Shown in pieces: positions 26,500 through 44,060 of a stretch of DNA of 64,000 bases. The notes beneath the pieces are model-generated. The model had not been told where the DNA came from. It saw nothing but the letters and a program-made list of their open reading frames with translations, and made no database searches. Position numbers and translations under genes: made by a program. Positions within the stretch are counted from its first letter, which is position 1. The number at the start of each line of letters is the position of its first letter. Source of the stretch: Eledone cirrhosa (taxonomy: Eukaryota); contig OZ024743.1 of assembly GCA_964016885.1 (NCBI GenBank), forward strand, positions 175,894,001 to 175,958,000. Direction: 5' to 3'.

Positions 26500-28789
26500 C
26501 GACACAATTATGCCAAGTCATCAGACAACATGTCAAAAAACTGTCAATGAGACCCTTGTGCTTGTTTTTTTATCCACAAGTTTAGAAATCCTCGGCTCTA
26601 TGTGGCTCAAGCGAAGTATCAAATCGGCATTGTTGTCGAGGATCAAACGCCTCCGCTGCTTTGTGTATGTGTGGAGGACAATGGAAAATCCCTTTTCAAC
26701 CAAGTAAGATGTAGGGAGATTTATTATGAAAGGCTCGACTTGTTCAAACAGCTTTGGATATTCTTGACAATGATTCAACCAAGCCTCGATCCAGTTAGTT
26801 TCAGAAAATTTACGCAGATTATCATCTACCGTCGCCTTACAGAGCTCCATCTGAAGACATTCTAGTTGAACAAGTTATGTCGTTCATAGACATTGTATGA
26901 AGAGAATCCACAAAAATTGGGATATTTAAAGCCAAAAGATCTTCAAAACGATTATTGACGTTTTCGTGAAGGAAAGATAGATGCTCGATTATAGATTTGC
27001 GCAAGTCATTATCTACCACACCAGTTTTTAAGCTCTCGAACTGCGAAAGTTATGATCTTCAATTTGAATTTTCCATAGAACGAGCTTATTCATGAAAGCC
27101 CTTATCAAGTGTTTGGCATGTACAACGTTGATGTTCTGCTTTTGCAAAGAAAGGTTGAGATCATTTAGTTTTTGAAAGATCTCATGTAAGTACAAAATTG
27201 CGGGTTTTTTCTCAGAAAGTGATGCTGTCATAATTGGATCAGTCTGTTGAAGAAATTCTATGACTTTATCGAAGAGTGCAACAAAACGTCCACGGCAGCT
27301 TCCCATTGATAGCCAGCGTATATCTGTCGAATACAACAGACGGTTTAACGTTTCATCTTTACAAGCTTCTTGGAAAAGACTGTCCCGAAGACCAGATCTT
27401 TTGATCTTGTTGACTGCGGAAACAATTGTGTTAAGGATTTCAGAAAAGGTATAGCTTCCGATTTTTTTTGCTATTAAATTTTCTCGATGGAGTACGCAAT
27501 GAGTTGTGAAGATGTGATTAAATTCTCTCCATCTTGCAACAAAACCCTGGGATTTTCCAACCATAGAGGCTGCTCCATCAGTGCATATTGATATGATGTT
27601 GTGGGGATCAATGTCATTTTTAGTGAGAAAATCCATGACTGCATTCTAGATCATCTCTCCAGTGTTTTTGAGTACAGTTGTCATAAAAAGTAGGTTTTCA
27701 CAAACCGTGGTCCGTTTTACATAGCGAGCAAAAGTAAGCACAACATATTGGTTGTCAAAAGTGCTGTCATCCACCGTCAACGAAAATCTGCAGTGTCGCA
27801 ATTCTTCTACAACTGTAGATTTGACATCTTCAGCCATTTCAGAAATGCGGGAAGATACCGTGCTATTGGAAAGTGGAATAGTTGCTGAAGCTGAGGCAGC
27901 GTTCGACATATTAGCAACTTTATATCCCTCAAGTATTGAGGGCTTAATCAGGTCTTCGCCAATGGTATGTGGGCAACCCTGTTTTGCTATCATGAGCGAA
28001 ATGTTGTAGGACGCTTGCAGACCAGAACTGTTGTTAGCATGGGATAGGAACATTTTCAGTGATGCAGATGACGCTTTTTTGTTGAGAAGATATTCTTCGA
28101 AGTACTTCTTAGGCTTGCTATATAAATCGGGATGGACTTATTTTTGATGATACAATAATTTAGAAGGTTTCATTGAGTCGTTAGTTAATATTTTTGAGCA
28201 GATTATACACTGTGGCAATGAAGGATCTTCTGCGCTGGATAAAAAACCATATCTGATATAATATGAGTTATATCGTCTACAAAATCGTTTTTTCCGATTC
28301 GGTGAACGAAGAATTTAGAGAACGTTTTTCCATATCACTGACAACAAAATTTCTACAGACTACAATTAGACTAACACTTGCGTAAAAATGTACGTACCTG
28401 GAGAGATAATATGTTATGTTGGGTAAGCCGTAAGAACTGCTGTTTCGCTAGTAATCCTCAATTCAAAAGTCAGGTAGAAAACACGATCGTGTCGACCGGC
28501 CGAGAACACCGATTTGTTGTGTGTTTTTATGCGCGCTAACGTTTGTACGCGTCTGTACTTGTCTGGTACACGTCCGTGTATGATTGGATAGCTAATCGTC
28601 CAATAGGAAAGGCGTGCTCTCAAGTGCACACAAGATGCGAGGTGTGATGAGGCATGTTTCGTTTGTGTGACGTGTGCGTGTACGGAAGAATTTAAATTTT
28701 TCAGGTGGTCCACAGAAAATTTTCTGTGGACCACCTGAATTTTTCTGTGGACCACTAGTGGTCCACATGGACCAGGTTCAGAACCCCTG
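26500..28789 (-). mobile_element. hAT DNA transposon, Buster/Charlie family, decayed, one end intact
   Basis: Terminus CAGGGGTTCTGAACCTG at 28789 (minus strand). The flanking 8-mer atttagaa has a central TA, matching the Buster target pattern. Subterminal ggtccacagaaaat palindromes at ~28705-28775. No matching second TIR found. Confidence 0.85.
26533..28333 (-). pseudogene. hAT transposase pseudogene (BED zinc finger, DDE core, dimerization domain) similar to the ZBED8/SCAND3/FAM200 group
   Basis: YIRYGF..PQCIICSKILTNDSMKPSKL; ASYNISLMIAKQGCPHTIGEDLIKP; IPLSNSTVSSRI; FSLTVDDST; ICTDGAASMVG; HCVLHRENL; RWLS; LPTSYLVEKGFS. Several frameshifts and stops. Confidence 0.9.
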
Positions 28790-28884
28790 ATTTAGAAGCT
28801 CAACGCGAGAAAACCTTAAGATTTCCCAATAAGTTAGTATTATATGCAGCGAAAAATTACTGAAATCGTTTGAGATTTATTTTT

Positions 28885-29000
28885 GGGGAGCGTGGCCCAG
28901 TGGTTTGGATGTTGGACTCATAGTCGTATAGTGGTAGATCGGTTGCCAGACCAGGCTGTGTGTTGTATTGATGAAGAAAATACAATGTCACGTTACTCAT
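28885..29000 (+). mobile_element. Degenerate tRNA-derived SINE head
   Basis: ggagcgtggcccagtggtt (A-box-like) followed by ggatgttggactcatagtcg; resembles abundant cephalopod SINEs. Confidence 0.4.
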
Positions 29001-29379
29001 TTTGGCAGGAGTTGTGATCTGCAGATAGTATCGGCAATAAAATGACCAACGATAACATCGTTTTCCTTGGTACGGTCTGACGATCAGCTGCTTCTTAATA
29101 AGACATTTAAGACCAGAGTAACGTAATATATTGGTCATACAGCTGTTAGTATGTTGTAATATTTTTGATGTGTTATGCTTCAATTAGAGATAGTTCTAAA
29201 GCATATGTCTTACGTTAATGTGTTACGGGTGTTAATTTGAAAATTGTTACAGTTTGTATAACCAATTCTTTCAACCATTTATCTCTGTCTCTCTCATTTC
29301 TGTATCACTAGGGGTATTCACACACACAGACACACACACACACACACGCACGCATATATATATATATATATGTATGCGT

Positions 29380-29458
<79 letters not shown>

Positions 29459-30191
29459 CTCTCTTGCATTTTCAAAACAACTCAGACAGGTATTTAAAAA
29501 AACCTGCATTATTCTCTATAACATATAATATCTTTTGAGTGTAGGATGATGTAGTGTCTGTGTGGCAGTGTATGTAATATATGCATATATGTATGTACGT
29601 ATATTCCTCTGCTTTTATAAGTTCGTATATATCTGTAGTATGTGTCTCAAATAATTGTTTCTACTTTTGGCACAAGGTCAGCAATTATCCCAGTGTATTA
29701 CTGCTACTTCATTTTAGTTAACCTCGGCGGGATTTGAACTCAATCCGCAAAGGGACGTAACTGTGCTGCAAAGCATGGCGTCCGACCCTCTACCGATACT
29801 GCCAATCCCCCGCACTATGTGTCTCAAATAATTGTTTCTACTTTTGGCACAAGGCCAGCAATTACCCAGTGCATTATTGGTACTTTATTTTATCGACCCC
29901 GTAAGGATGAAAGGCAAAGTCAACCTCGGCAATGATGATAACAATGGCTGCTATAGTGTTGGTCGGTGGTGGGTGAGTTGGAGGTGTAGTGGCTGTAAAC
30001 AAACATCAAGCATGAAGTCTGACAGACTTACGTATCTAAGACGTTTACCATAAGAACAAAGGCAGCTGCTGCTGATGGTGCTGCAGCAACAGCAACAACA
30101 ACAAAAACAAGACCAAACACCTAACGAATAGACTATCATATTGCCAATTCGTTCTATCGGACAATAATAGACAAACCTTAAATCTATATTG

Positions 30192-30239
<48 letters not shown>

Positions 30240-30243
<4 letters not shown>

Positions 30244-30522
30244 AAAAAGAGATGAAATCGAAAATGCAACTGGGGTCTTATTTTTTTTTAAAATATATAT
30301 ATTTATTTGGTTCCTTTACCGGTTTCGCAGTTCTTCTGCTTTTCAAAAAGGTGAGTTGAGATGGAGGGTCTGTGGTTTTTCGATAAAACCACTGATCCTC
30401 CATCTCAACTCTACTTTTGAAAAGCAGAAGAACTGCGAAATCAGTAAAGGAACCAAATAAATATATATATATTTTAAAAAATAAGACTCCGGTTGCATTT
30501 TCAATTTCATCTTTTTTTCCTT
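30240..30522. mobile_element. Fold-back element with U3-A8 hammerheads (30313-30351 on -, 30414-30450 on +); third copy at ~31455-31590
   Basis: Reverse complement reads ccttt TTGAAAA GCAG aagaa CTGC GAA ACCGGT A aagg, with AATAAA shortly downstream; inverted arms ~130 bp. Confidence 0.75.
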
Positions 30523-30581
30523 ATACTTTCACTCGTGTAGGACACCTCGGTTATTTTTCATTTTGTAAAAAAAACCCTCAC

Positions 30582-30644
<63 letters not shown>

Positions 30645-30645
<1 letters not shown>

Positions 30646-31440
30646 GGAAAAAATTTCATTTCTCACTCTTAGTACGGCTGATACTTAAATGTAAGTATGT
30701 ATACGTACATACATATATGTATACAGACGTACAGTAGTATGTATATACATATATATATATATATATGTACGTATGGGTTTACTGAACATTTATTATAATA
30801 TTGGGTTTGTTTGTAAACAAACAGCCCGAATTAAGCCGTACAGTGTTCGGCAACTATTGTTGCCCCTTTGTTCAATTCTGACACAGGAACGATTAACTAG
30901 TTTCTATCTTATTAGCTGTCATCAGCACTTTATAACTTCCTGCCAGTCGATTGAACGTTTAAAAGTATATACTTTCCTTATGCATATTAACAGCTGAGCA
31001 GCCTAATTTGCATATTGAGTGAGCTACTCGGCCGGGTGTACCGAAAACGATAAATGGAAAAAATGAAATTTCATTTCTCACTCTTAGTACGCCCGGCCGA
31101 CTAACTCACTTGATATGCAAATTAGGCTGCTCAGCCGTTGATATGCATAAGGAAAGCATATACTTTCAAACGTTCAATCGACTGACAGGAAGGTATACGG
31201 TGCTGATGACAGCTAATAAGCTAGAAACTAGTTCATCGTTCCTTTGTCAATGTTGAACAAAAGGGCAACGATGGTTGCCGAACACTGTACGGCTTTAATC
31301 GGGCTGTTTGTTTATAAACAAACCGTACATTATAATAAATGTTCGGTAAACCCTTACGTACATATATATATATGTGTGCATGTATGTATATACATATTAC
31401 TGTATGATGTATACATATATGTATGTACGTATACATACTT
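30645..31440. mobile_element. Older, diverged inverted pair of the retrozyme-like repeat (HHRs 30891-30929 on -, 31199-31237 on +)
   Basis: Shares tatgcaaattaggctgctcagccg and ggtgCTGATGAcagctaataagctaGAAACTAGTtcatc with the 19.4-21.4 kb unit. Confidence 0.75.
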
Positions 31441-31589
31441 ATATATATATACGAAAAATTACAAACCCTCCATCTCAATTCCACTTTTGAAAAGCACAAG
31501 AACTGCGAAACCACCGGTAAGGAAACCAACTAAATATATTTAAAAAAAAAAGACTCCAGTTGCATATTTTCTATTTCATCTTTTTTCCT

Positions 31590-31671
<82 letters not shown>

Positions 31672-32220
31672 CGCGTGAACGGACATTAAAATTATCAACA
31701 AACTTTCGACTAAATATCTAAGAGGATTAAAAGAAGCGTAAAACCCCTTATTTTCCGACAACAACCTGGATTTCGCACAGAAGCCAGGAATCGTGGCCCC
31801 CTCTAACTTCATCCGATAACAGACGGACAATGCATTTTATGTGCACTTTACATGGACAATATTCACTAATATTATCACAGCATTGTGAATGTAATTGAAC
31901 TCACTTCTTCCACCAACTCTACCCTCAATTCCATCTCGATATTATATATATATATATATACATGTATATATATATATATAGGAAAAGAGTCAGGACCCCG
32001 ACGGCTCAGCTCCGGCCGTTTCGACAGGCTATATATATATATATATACAGTTCAAAAATAACCAATCTTAAAGCGAGAAATGGAGATAGGAGAGGAGATA
32101 GGAGAGGATAAGAGAGATTGGTGAATTAGTTAGAAGCCAAAGCGTAAATGTGCAATATGCACTGGAAGGCAGCTAGGCGGCTGGGTTCATGCAGAGGTTA
32201 GGTGCACAGAGTTGGAAATA

Positions 32221-35200
32221 TTCATTAGTTAAGCAAAACAAGATCACAAATTTTACAAGGAAGACATTATTAAAAGATTGTCAACATATTTTAGTTTGAT
32301 GTAAGGAGTGTAGAGAATAATAATAATAATATTAATAATAATAATGTCCGTTTACAATTGTTTCGCTATTCCATATAATGTTTCTGGATCAAATGATTAT
32401 AGATCATTATTGATCTGGTTCAGTTGAAAATAATTAACTTAGGTAAAAATAAAGCAGCTCATCGGAACTTCAAAAGGAATATAAATTAAAATAAGGAAAG
32501 AATGTTACATGAATGTAATGTTCCATATATTGGTATTTTACTATGGTGTCCTGGGTATATCTATTGTCTGCCATAGTCGAGCAGTATTCTTCTGTCGAGG
32601 CTGCATTGTGTGAGATCTGCCTATGGGTAACAAGATGGCCGCCAATGGATATATTTACCTTACTAATTAGAGGATGGTTTCAGGGGAAGTAACTCCTCGA
32701 GAAATTAGAAATTGTGGGTAGTTTATATTTAAGAAGTGCTAATTTTTTAATTTTTTAATTGAGAGACAATATAAGGGAGGTAACTTATAATTATCTAAGT
32801 TAGCTATAACTATTTAACTTATTAGCTACAAGTAAAAATGGGGCTAGATGACTATGTTGGGTCAAATATTCTGTTGGCGAAGGAATTAGCCCTTCGAGTT
32901 GACAGCTAATAGTTACCTCCGTTCTATCGTTAATCGGTAGAGGTCGTGATAGAGTTATGTAATATGCTTCGGTAAGACAGATGTCACAAGAGTTTCTTCG
33001 TCCATTGAACTGTTGGGCCATAGCCAAGATATCCCATGTTAGAGAGTGTTCAATGTTGGTTAATTTAAGGTTTTTACTGAGTTTAGCTAGAGATGTCGAA
33101 CATCTGTTGGTAGGGTCTCGGAAGGAAAAAGAGTGCGCGTTATAGCGTACCTTAAAAGGGTTAGAGGTAGAGCCGATATAGGAGCTGGTATGCGAAGCGG
33201 TTTTAACTGTGCACCTATAAGCTATATTGGGTGTCAGGCAATGTCCATTTAGTGGGCATGCATTAGGGTAACGGCAGTTGCAGTTGCTTCTGGGGTTAGT
33301 GAGAGTAGGGTAGTTTAACTTGAGCGGTAGGTCAGTGTTAGAAGGATTAGATGGGGGAGGTGTGCTACTAGAGTAATTATTGGTGTAGTGGTGTGGTGTA
33401 TTTGATGGGGGTGGTGGTACCGCGGTGTGGGAGTTATACTGTCTTATTTTATGTTGGTTACTGAATGCGATGTGGATAGCTAGGTTAGGTGTTGTGGAGA
33501 ATGAGATTTTAATGTTGTTTTTATTAAAGAGTTTGTAGTATCTATGGTTGGGGGGGGGGATGTTTAGATAGGATAGATAAGAAGCGTTTAGGGATACTAG
33601 TGGCTAGATTAGATGAGAATTGGGGGTTAAGCCAGGTGATATTTCTAGGCCTATTCCTTCTAGGGGTTCTATTGGAGTTGGTAGGGGCCTTCATAGGGTT
33701 ATTATTACCTGGGCATTTGTTATTTATCATTCCATTGCTCATTCCTATTCTAGGGTTGATTTTTAGGTTGCTACTTGGAGTGGGGAGCAGGCCGCTGCCA
33801 CCATTAAGGTTTCCTGTATAGGTGCTGTTACTGCTAAAATTCCGGCGAATCTGGCTATATGCTAAGGTATTTCTAGTTCTAGTGTTAAGTTTATTATGGT
33901 TGTAGTGAAGTGCTGTGTTATGGCATTTAGGTATGTACTAAATGGACTGTTCACAACCAGATTCAGAGAGAGCCTTATTATAATATGCCGCATGGTTTAT
34001 AAATATCTCCTCATTTGCTGATAGCATGGAGATCTTATACGAGATAGATTTGATTACTGCTCTGATGACTGCCGGTGGGTGGTTAGAGTGTGGGCTAATA
34101 TATGTAGGTATTTCACCTGGTTTATGATAAGGGTAATATAGGTTATTGTTAAGATCTAGGGTAACGTCTAGGAAGTTTACTACTTTATGGTTCGGCTCGA
34201 TGGTGATAGAGAGACCGTTATTTTTGAAGAATCTATGTAATTGTTTTTTGAGCAAGTCAATGCCTCGATTAGTGCAATTGTGGACTGCAAATAGGGCGTC
34301 GTCCCTATATATTCCACCTTGCAAGAGTTGGATTTCAGCTCTGATGTTATGTAATAGGTAAATTACAACTAAATCGGTGATTTGCGCAGAGTCACTTCAG
34401 CCCATAGTGATGTCAAAGTTGTCTATTCTGTATTTTCTAGTCCAGAGTGCTCCGTTGAATTTAATGATGGTCTACCTAGACATAAGTATGATGTCAATCT
34501 CATTATTGGTTATGTCAGAGTTGGTGCTGGCTAGGTTAATGCTTTGTTGAGCAGTGCCGTGGTTATTGAAGCGTAATAGATGTCAATGTAAAATTGGAGG
34601 AACCTCATAGATTCCTTGCACCTTAGATCGGAGAACCATCTAATGACTTGGCCGGTGTTGGACCACAGCTTGTAGATGACATTATCTCGTAGCCCAGGGA
34701 TGATCCTATCAAGGATGTTCTTACTGATACGACTCAAGTCGGATGTGGTTGGACTTATAAGTCTAATAGATAGGTTCTCTATAAAGTTTGGCTTGTGATC
34801 CTTGAGAGAAAACCTTGGGGTTGTAGGTACATTAGGGTGGGTAAATCTATCCAGATGCAACTCCTTAACCAAGGACACCATAGTGAAATACCAATATATG
34901 GAACATTACTTTCATGTAACATTCTTTCCTTATTTTAATTTATATTCCTTTTGAAGTTCCGATGAGCTGCTCTATTTTTACCTAAGTTAATTATTTTCAA
35001 CTGAACCAGATCAATAATGATCTATAATCATTTGATCTAGAAACATTATATGGAGTAGCGAAACAATTGTAAACGGACATTATTATTATTAATATTATTA
35101 TTATTATTCTCTACACTCCTTACATCAAACTAAAATATGTTGACAATCTTTTAATAATGTCTTGTGAAATTTATGGTCTTGTTTTGCTTAACTAATGAAT
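32221..35200 (-). mobile_element. 5'-truncated Hydra-type PLE (RT, CxCx5C linker, GIY-YIG) with an inverted pseudo-LTR at its 5' end
   Basis: Minus strand reads LKDHKPNF..RLISPTTSDLSRISKNILD, LWSNTGQVIRWF, DITMG, GGIYRDDAL, VNFLDVTLDL, SNHPPAVI, CNCRYPNACPLNGHCL..AYRCTV..SYIGSTSNPFKVRYNAH..CDICLTEAYYI. 32221-32537 is inverted at 34887-35200. Clade assignment is from motif recall, not phylogeny. Confidence 0.85.
34956..35074 (+). ncRNA. Hammerhead motif with C4 core (CCGAUGA) and long helix II insert; sense-strand copy at 32350-32468 (-)
   Basis: gtt CCGATGA GCTGCTCTAT ..~75 nt.. ATGGAGTAGC GAA ACAATTGT A aac. Confidence 0.65.
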
Positions 35201-35415
35201 ATATATACATATATATATATAATTGGAGGCTTAGTAAAATCGAATCTTTGGCGGTGTGTAAGCAAATTCGACCTACGATATGAATGAGTTAGCAAAGCAC
35301 TCGACAAGGGTAGGTCCTGAGAGTAATAACATACGTTTAAATAGCTTGACAAATTGAACATTGTGGTAGGCAAAATCTAACACACAATACCAAAGTAACG
35401 AAAGAACTAACAGGT

Positions 35416-35473
<58 letters not shown>

Positions 35474-36311
35474 CCTTGAAACCTTAGGTACCGCTATTAT
35501 TCCGTGTATGAATATAAATAAATAATATAATATATATAAATATAATAAAAAATAATAAATATAATAATAAATATAATAATATATACATATATATAATATA
35601 TTTAGATGCATGTATAATGCATCTGAACTATTTATGGCATGATATGAATGAAATATATTTAGTTTGATCTATGTTTATGATGTTACTTCTCCCTTTTAAT
35701 GAAATAACTAAATCAATTTAGGTTGAGTTGTTAATTTTTGAGGATCTTGTGTGCATTTTTAGCTTCGTTCATTTATAACTTTTAACATCATACCAATATA
35801 TTTTTTAGCTAAACCACGTCTTTATTAAAAATAAAATTGCGTGCTTTATTTAGCTGAATGATTAGTCGATGTCTAGACGCTATTTTCCAACAAAAGATAA
35901 TTCATTTGAATTTTTCTTGAAAAAGCTATACGTTAAATATATTTTAAGAATTGTTTACTGATAAGTTATGACAGTACGAATTAGCTAATTAACTATGTTA
36001 ATTAGTAGAAATTTTTGTTATGATGAAACCGAAGTCTAAGCAAATTGTGAGTAAAATTATGTTTTTCCTTAAATATATTTACTTAATATATCATATAATG
36101 TTATACCTAAATATGATTTATATAAATGTAGCCCCGTAAAAATTCCAACGCGTCTCGCTAACCATATCCCGGGGAAATGCCTTCTTTATTCTGTCCTCTG
36201 GGACCACGGAGTGGCCAGAGCATGGAGACCCTATTTGCTTATAATAGTGAGGGATGTGGAGAGCGAGAGATGATATGATATGTTTGATATAAAAATATTT
36301 TGATATATGTT

Positions 36312-36429
<118 letters not shown>

Positions 36430-37034
36430 ATTAAATATCAAATTAGTCTCTAATACTTAAACATCTCAATGAATGGATAAAATATATAGATAAAATATCA
36501 ATCAGAGAAGCAATTTTACATATTAAACTTAAATGAAAAAAACTCTATTTATGGGTATATAAGCCAGACAGAGCAAAACAATGTTAGTCTCTCTCACTTA
36601 TATATCTATCCACCTACCATAGTTTCATTCGTGGAAGAAGCCAGTATTGAAAATACCAATATTTGAAGAATTTGCGTATTCATAAAGGAAGTATTCTTCA
36701 ATTTAGGGACCATATTTATCATGAAAATCTACATACCAGTTGCCGATGTCGCATGCTGTACAAAAACACGTTGTGTAATTGAACGGTTACATGAATAATA
36801 TGTCTCTTAATATTTGGACTACTTGACAGGCTTACATTACCAATAGAAATAGCAGTCTGATATCTCAACAAATTAGGAGCAGCATATGAATTATTAAATA
36901 TTAAATTAGTCTCTAATACTTAAATATCTCAATGAATGGATAACATATATAGATAAGATATCAATCAGAGAAGCAATATTACTGTCTGTACTTCTCCAGG
37001 CAGACACTCTTAATCAATTTAATACGTCTTCACA

Positions 37035-37160
37035 ATTTCACTCACAAGACTTTGATAGAGCTGAGCTTGTCTTGAAGATATTTCTTCTAGCTTGCTGTGG
37101 ATGGTAATCGAACCTAGATCGTCTTGATTATGAAGTGAACATTTTAACTACTAAGCCACC
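37035..37160 (-). mobile_element. Degenerate tRNA-derived SINE (same family as 49890-50030)
   Basis: Reverse complement has gtggcttagtagttaa..ggttcgatt..gtgagtg. Confidence 0.45.
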
Positions 37161-37202
37161 TCCACATACTCATATCAAGGAATTTTAATACACAAGCAAA
37201 CT

Positions 37203-37250
<48 letters not shown>

Positions 37251-38570
37251 CACACACACACACACACAAAACACAAACAAACACACACACACACACGCAC
37301 GCACGCACACTCACACACATAACACAAACACGTGCTGATATTTAGAAAATTACAAACAGCCGGCCTTGCCTGCTCACACTCACACACCCTCTCTCACCAC
37401 CCAAATATACAAACACACCTATTCTGTGTCTCACATACAAACACATACAAGCACAAACACTCACGCACACACACACTCTCTCTGACATACACAAACATAT
37501 AAACGAAGACATGCACACATTTCGATTGTAAGAGGCTCGATGAGATTTATCGTTCTGATATTTATCACATCTTAGAGACAAATAATTAGAATTCAAATTA
37601 GCAAAAGCTAGAAGCACAGCTATTATATTTCATTGCTGAGAGAAGAAATAACTCAGGGAGGCTATCTGCTTGACAAACAGTAGTTAAGTTGGTGCTAATT
37701 TTCTTTTTTATTTATTAACCGTGTGCTTTACAGAGCTAACTAGAAATAAATATTCAGTGAGGAAAAAAAAAATCAACGACTAATACTAGTTTAATATATA
37801 ATACAACTCCTTTCATTGTTAGGGGGTCGATAAAATAAAGTACCAATAATGCACTGGGGTCGATTTAATCGATTTTCACCTTCCCAAAAATTGTTCACCT
37901 TGTGCCTAAATCAGAAACATTTATAAAACACCACTCCATTATATTTTGACCTTATCAGCGAATTATATACTTCACCATCCTCTGAAGAAGACTTGTTTAT
38001 AAAAGAAAGAAGATAAAACGAAAGAGAGAAAAAGAAAGAATAGGAAAGATGGTAAGAAGGAAAAGAGCCATACGGGTGAGCAAACTTTACTTCCTTGAAT
38101 AGGCGTTATATCTTAACTGCACCCCGCCACCAAGATGGCAAAACATTGCCGCAGGAAATAGCCAACGATGTTCGCTGCACCAGTCATTCCATTTCAGAGG
38201 TCTCTTTCTCCAGACGGGATTCACGTTTCCCGATTATGTGGAATAAAACTTCAGTCCAGGGACATAGGAAACTGGAGGTTTGGACGTCAACCGGCATGAA
38301 ACGGAAAAGTCAGCACATTTGAGAAAGTTATCACAGACTAATCACTAACTAAATATACAAGATTGTACACTGTTTGAAGTACAAAACTGATATTGAGTAG
38401 ATAGTAAATTATTATTTAAATTGAGATCTGGAAAGATTTACAAGGATGCAGTGGAAAAATGAGGATGCTTGAAGTTGAAACAACATATTTATAAAGTAAT
38501 CCATCTGCATACTGCATAGGCAGCTCTGAAGAAATAAATACGCATTTTGCAAAGTTTTACAATATATATA

Positions 38571-39964
38571 CTAGCCCGCCCGCCCGGCTGGCGCACGGCT
38601 AGGTATACCGGCATTTTATCTTTTCAGGAATCCCCCCTACACTCCAGTACAAAGATACTGCACGTCCTCTCAAGTCAGCGGGGGGGGGGGGGTTAACGAG
38701 CTCTGATATTGGGTTTGAATAGTTTTTAGGATTCCCCAGTTCAGCAGCCAGTACGTTAAAGAAAATTGATAGTTGCAACAATAAAGGCTGAACAGGGAAT
38801 AATTTTTTTAACAAATAATAATTTGTACAACCATAATGGAAATTCCAAGTAACAGAAAATATTTAAATTACATTGTTAGAGCCTCAGAGTATAAAATATT
38901 TTTTGTTCAGCCCTCCGGAGCAAAGATGAAGAGATTGTTTGCCGAGCTCACCCTAGAGCATCCTACATACAATTGACCATGGGAGAATCACTGATCTCGT
39001 AGCTCGTCTCGCAGAGAAGCTCTGTAGACGTTGACCTCTGGACACTCCTGTCAGGAGCAGGTAAGCTGTAGTGACTGAGAGGCCTACCACCAATCTCCAG
39101 GACACTATTTTCAAGACAAATGAGCCCCTCACTGAAAACGACATCGTATGTTACGTTCGGATTGTGTCAGCGTGTGCGGTGGAGGATGTCCTCAGCCAGA
39201 TTTTCGCTGTGGTTGTTCCACAGTGCGAGAGTGTCGGCGAGATCGCAGTTGTGCAGCATAATAGCAAAAGGTTTTCGCAGCTGAGAATGGACTTTAGCAG
39301 TTGCTGCTTCTTGCAGGGTGAGGTGCCAATGGCTGTCATCGTGTAACATACCACGCATCTGGCAAGCCAAACGGTAAGTGGAACATTGATGGACATTGAT
39401 GGTTCTCAGATCTTGGAAAGACTGCGGTCTTCTAACCTCGAACAGTAACAATGACGATAAGCCGTCTGTGCTTTCGTGAAATAAATAGGTTTATATCTGT
39501 ACACGAATATATATATTAAAATAACAGATTAAAGCTTAAGCAAAGAATCGCTGCTTTCACCCTTAACGAGATCTTCTGAAACTAAAAATATCAGTCTGTG
39601 AGCGCAGAAGTAAATATTTCGGAAAACGTTATCTAATGCAGACAACCAGACATACAGAGACATATTATAAGGACGCTACCTTATAGCTATGTATCTATCT
39701 AAAAAGACAGACTAAGAAAAAGAGGGGAATGTTGTGAGACGTCATAAAAAATAGTGATGAATGTGGTATAAACGGAAGTGTTAACATTTGAAATTTTAAA
39801 GAATTGAATATTTAAATAATGTTTTTAATCTTTTAACAAAATTCAGTAGACAAAAATACCCCCACTTTTTTACTTGGAAAAAGTTACATCTATGGTGCAA
39901 ATTTGGTGCTTTTTGGTCAGGCCGTTTGGCGGAAAGTTTATTACCTACATACGGCCGTCAGATT

Positions 39965-39970
<6 letters not shown>
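38571..39970 (-). mobile_element. Internally deleted Helitron
   Basis: Minus strand reads LLFEVRRPQSFQDLRTIN..STYRLACQMRGMLHDDSHW..LRKPFAIML (RepHel) joined to FSHGQLYVGCSRV..TKNILYSEAL (PIF1 helicase C-terminus). The 3' end is a GC-rich hairpin-like stretch then CTAG|T at 38571. The 5' end runs into (TA)n and is approximate. Confidence 0.85.
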
Positions 39971-41868
<1,898 letters not shown>

Positions 41869-41869
41869 G

Positions 41870-43283
<1,414 letters not shown>

Positions 43284-43289
43284 TTATAT

Positions 43290-43385
<96 letters not shown>

Positions 43386-43404
43386 GTATATATATATATA
43401 TATA

Positions 43405-43737
43405 TACAATATTAAATAAATGGAAAACTATATTTATAAAACCATATTTATTTCATTATATATATTTCGGGGATATCATATTAACAATATGCTACGCCTT
43501 CATCAGACAAAATACAATATAAACAGTTTTGTTTATATTGTATTTTGTCTGATGAAGGCATAGCATATTGTTAATATGATATCCCCGAAATATATATAAT
43601 GAAATAAATATGGTTTTATAAATATAGTTTTCCATTTATTTAATATTGTAAATATACTCCAAATATTTGTCGAGTGCTTTTATACCAGTTATAAATATTT
43701 ACTAGTTGTAACCCAACAATTTTAAATATAACTTTCC

Positions 43738-43740
<3 letters not shown>
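43405..43740. mobile_element. Family B fold-back with two HHR motifs (~43451-43510 on -, 43543-43603 on +)
   Basis: ttttgt CTGATGA AGGCATAGCATATT..AATATGATATCCCC GAA ATATATAT A atgaaa; arms nearly perfectly inverted. Confidence 0.75.
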
Positions 43741-43771
<31 letters not shown>

Positions 43772-43846
43772 GTATATATATATATATGTCTATATATGTA
43801 TATATATATATATATGTCTATATATGTATATATATATATATGTCTA

Positions 43847-43943
<97 letters not shown>

Positions 43944-44060
43944 GGTAAAGAGAAATAACAATACAATCGGTATAGTATATGGAAGGGATATATTAGGTTA
44001 ACGTTTGATATAGCAGGAAGAGGATATATTAGGTTAACGTTTGATATAGCAGGAAGAGGG

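Noticed and set aside
32631-32643. YY1-like motif CAAGATGGCCGCC in the PLE 3' region
   Set aside because: A single short motif with no supporting context.
36438-36980. ~85-bp direct repeat about 465 bp apart (and a ~110-bp tandem duplication at 24965-25185)
   Set aside because: Real but with no ribozyme, terminal or coding signal; treated as ordinary local duplications.
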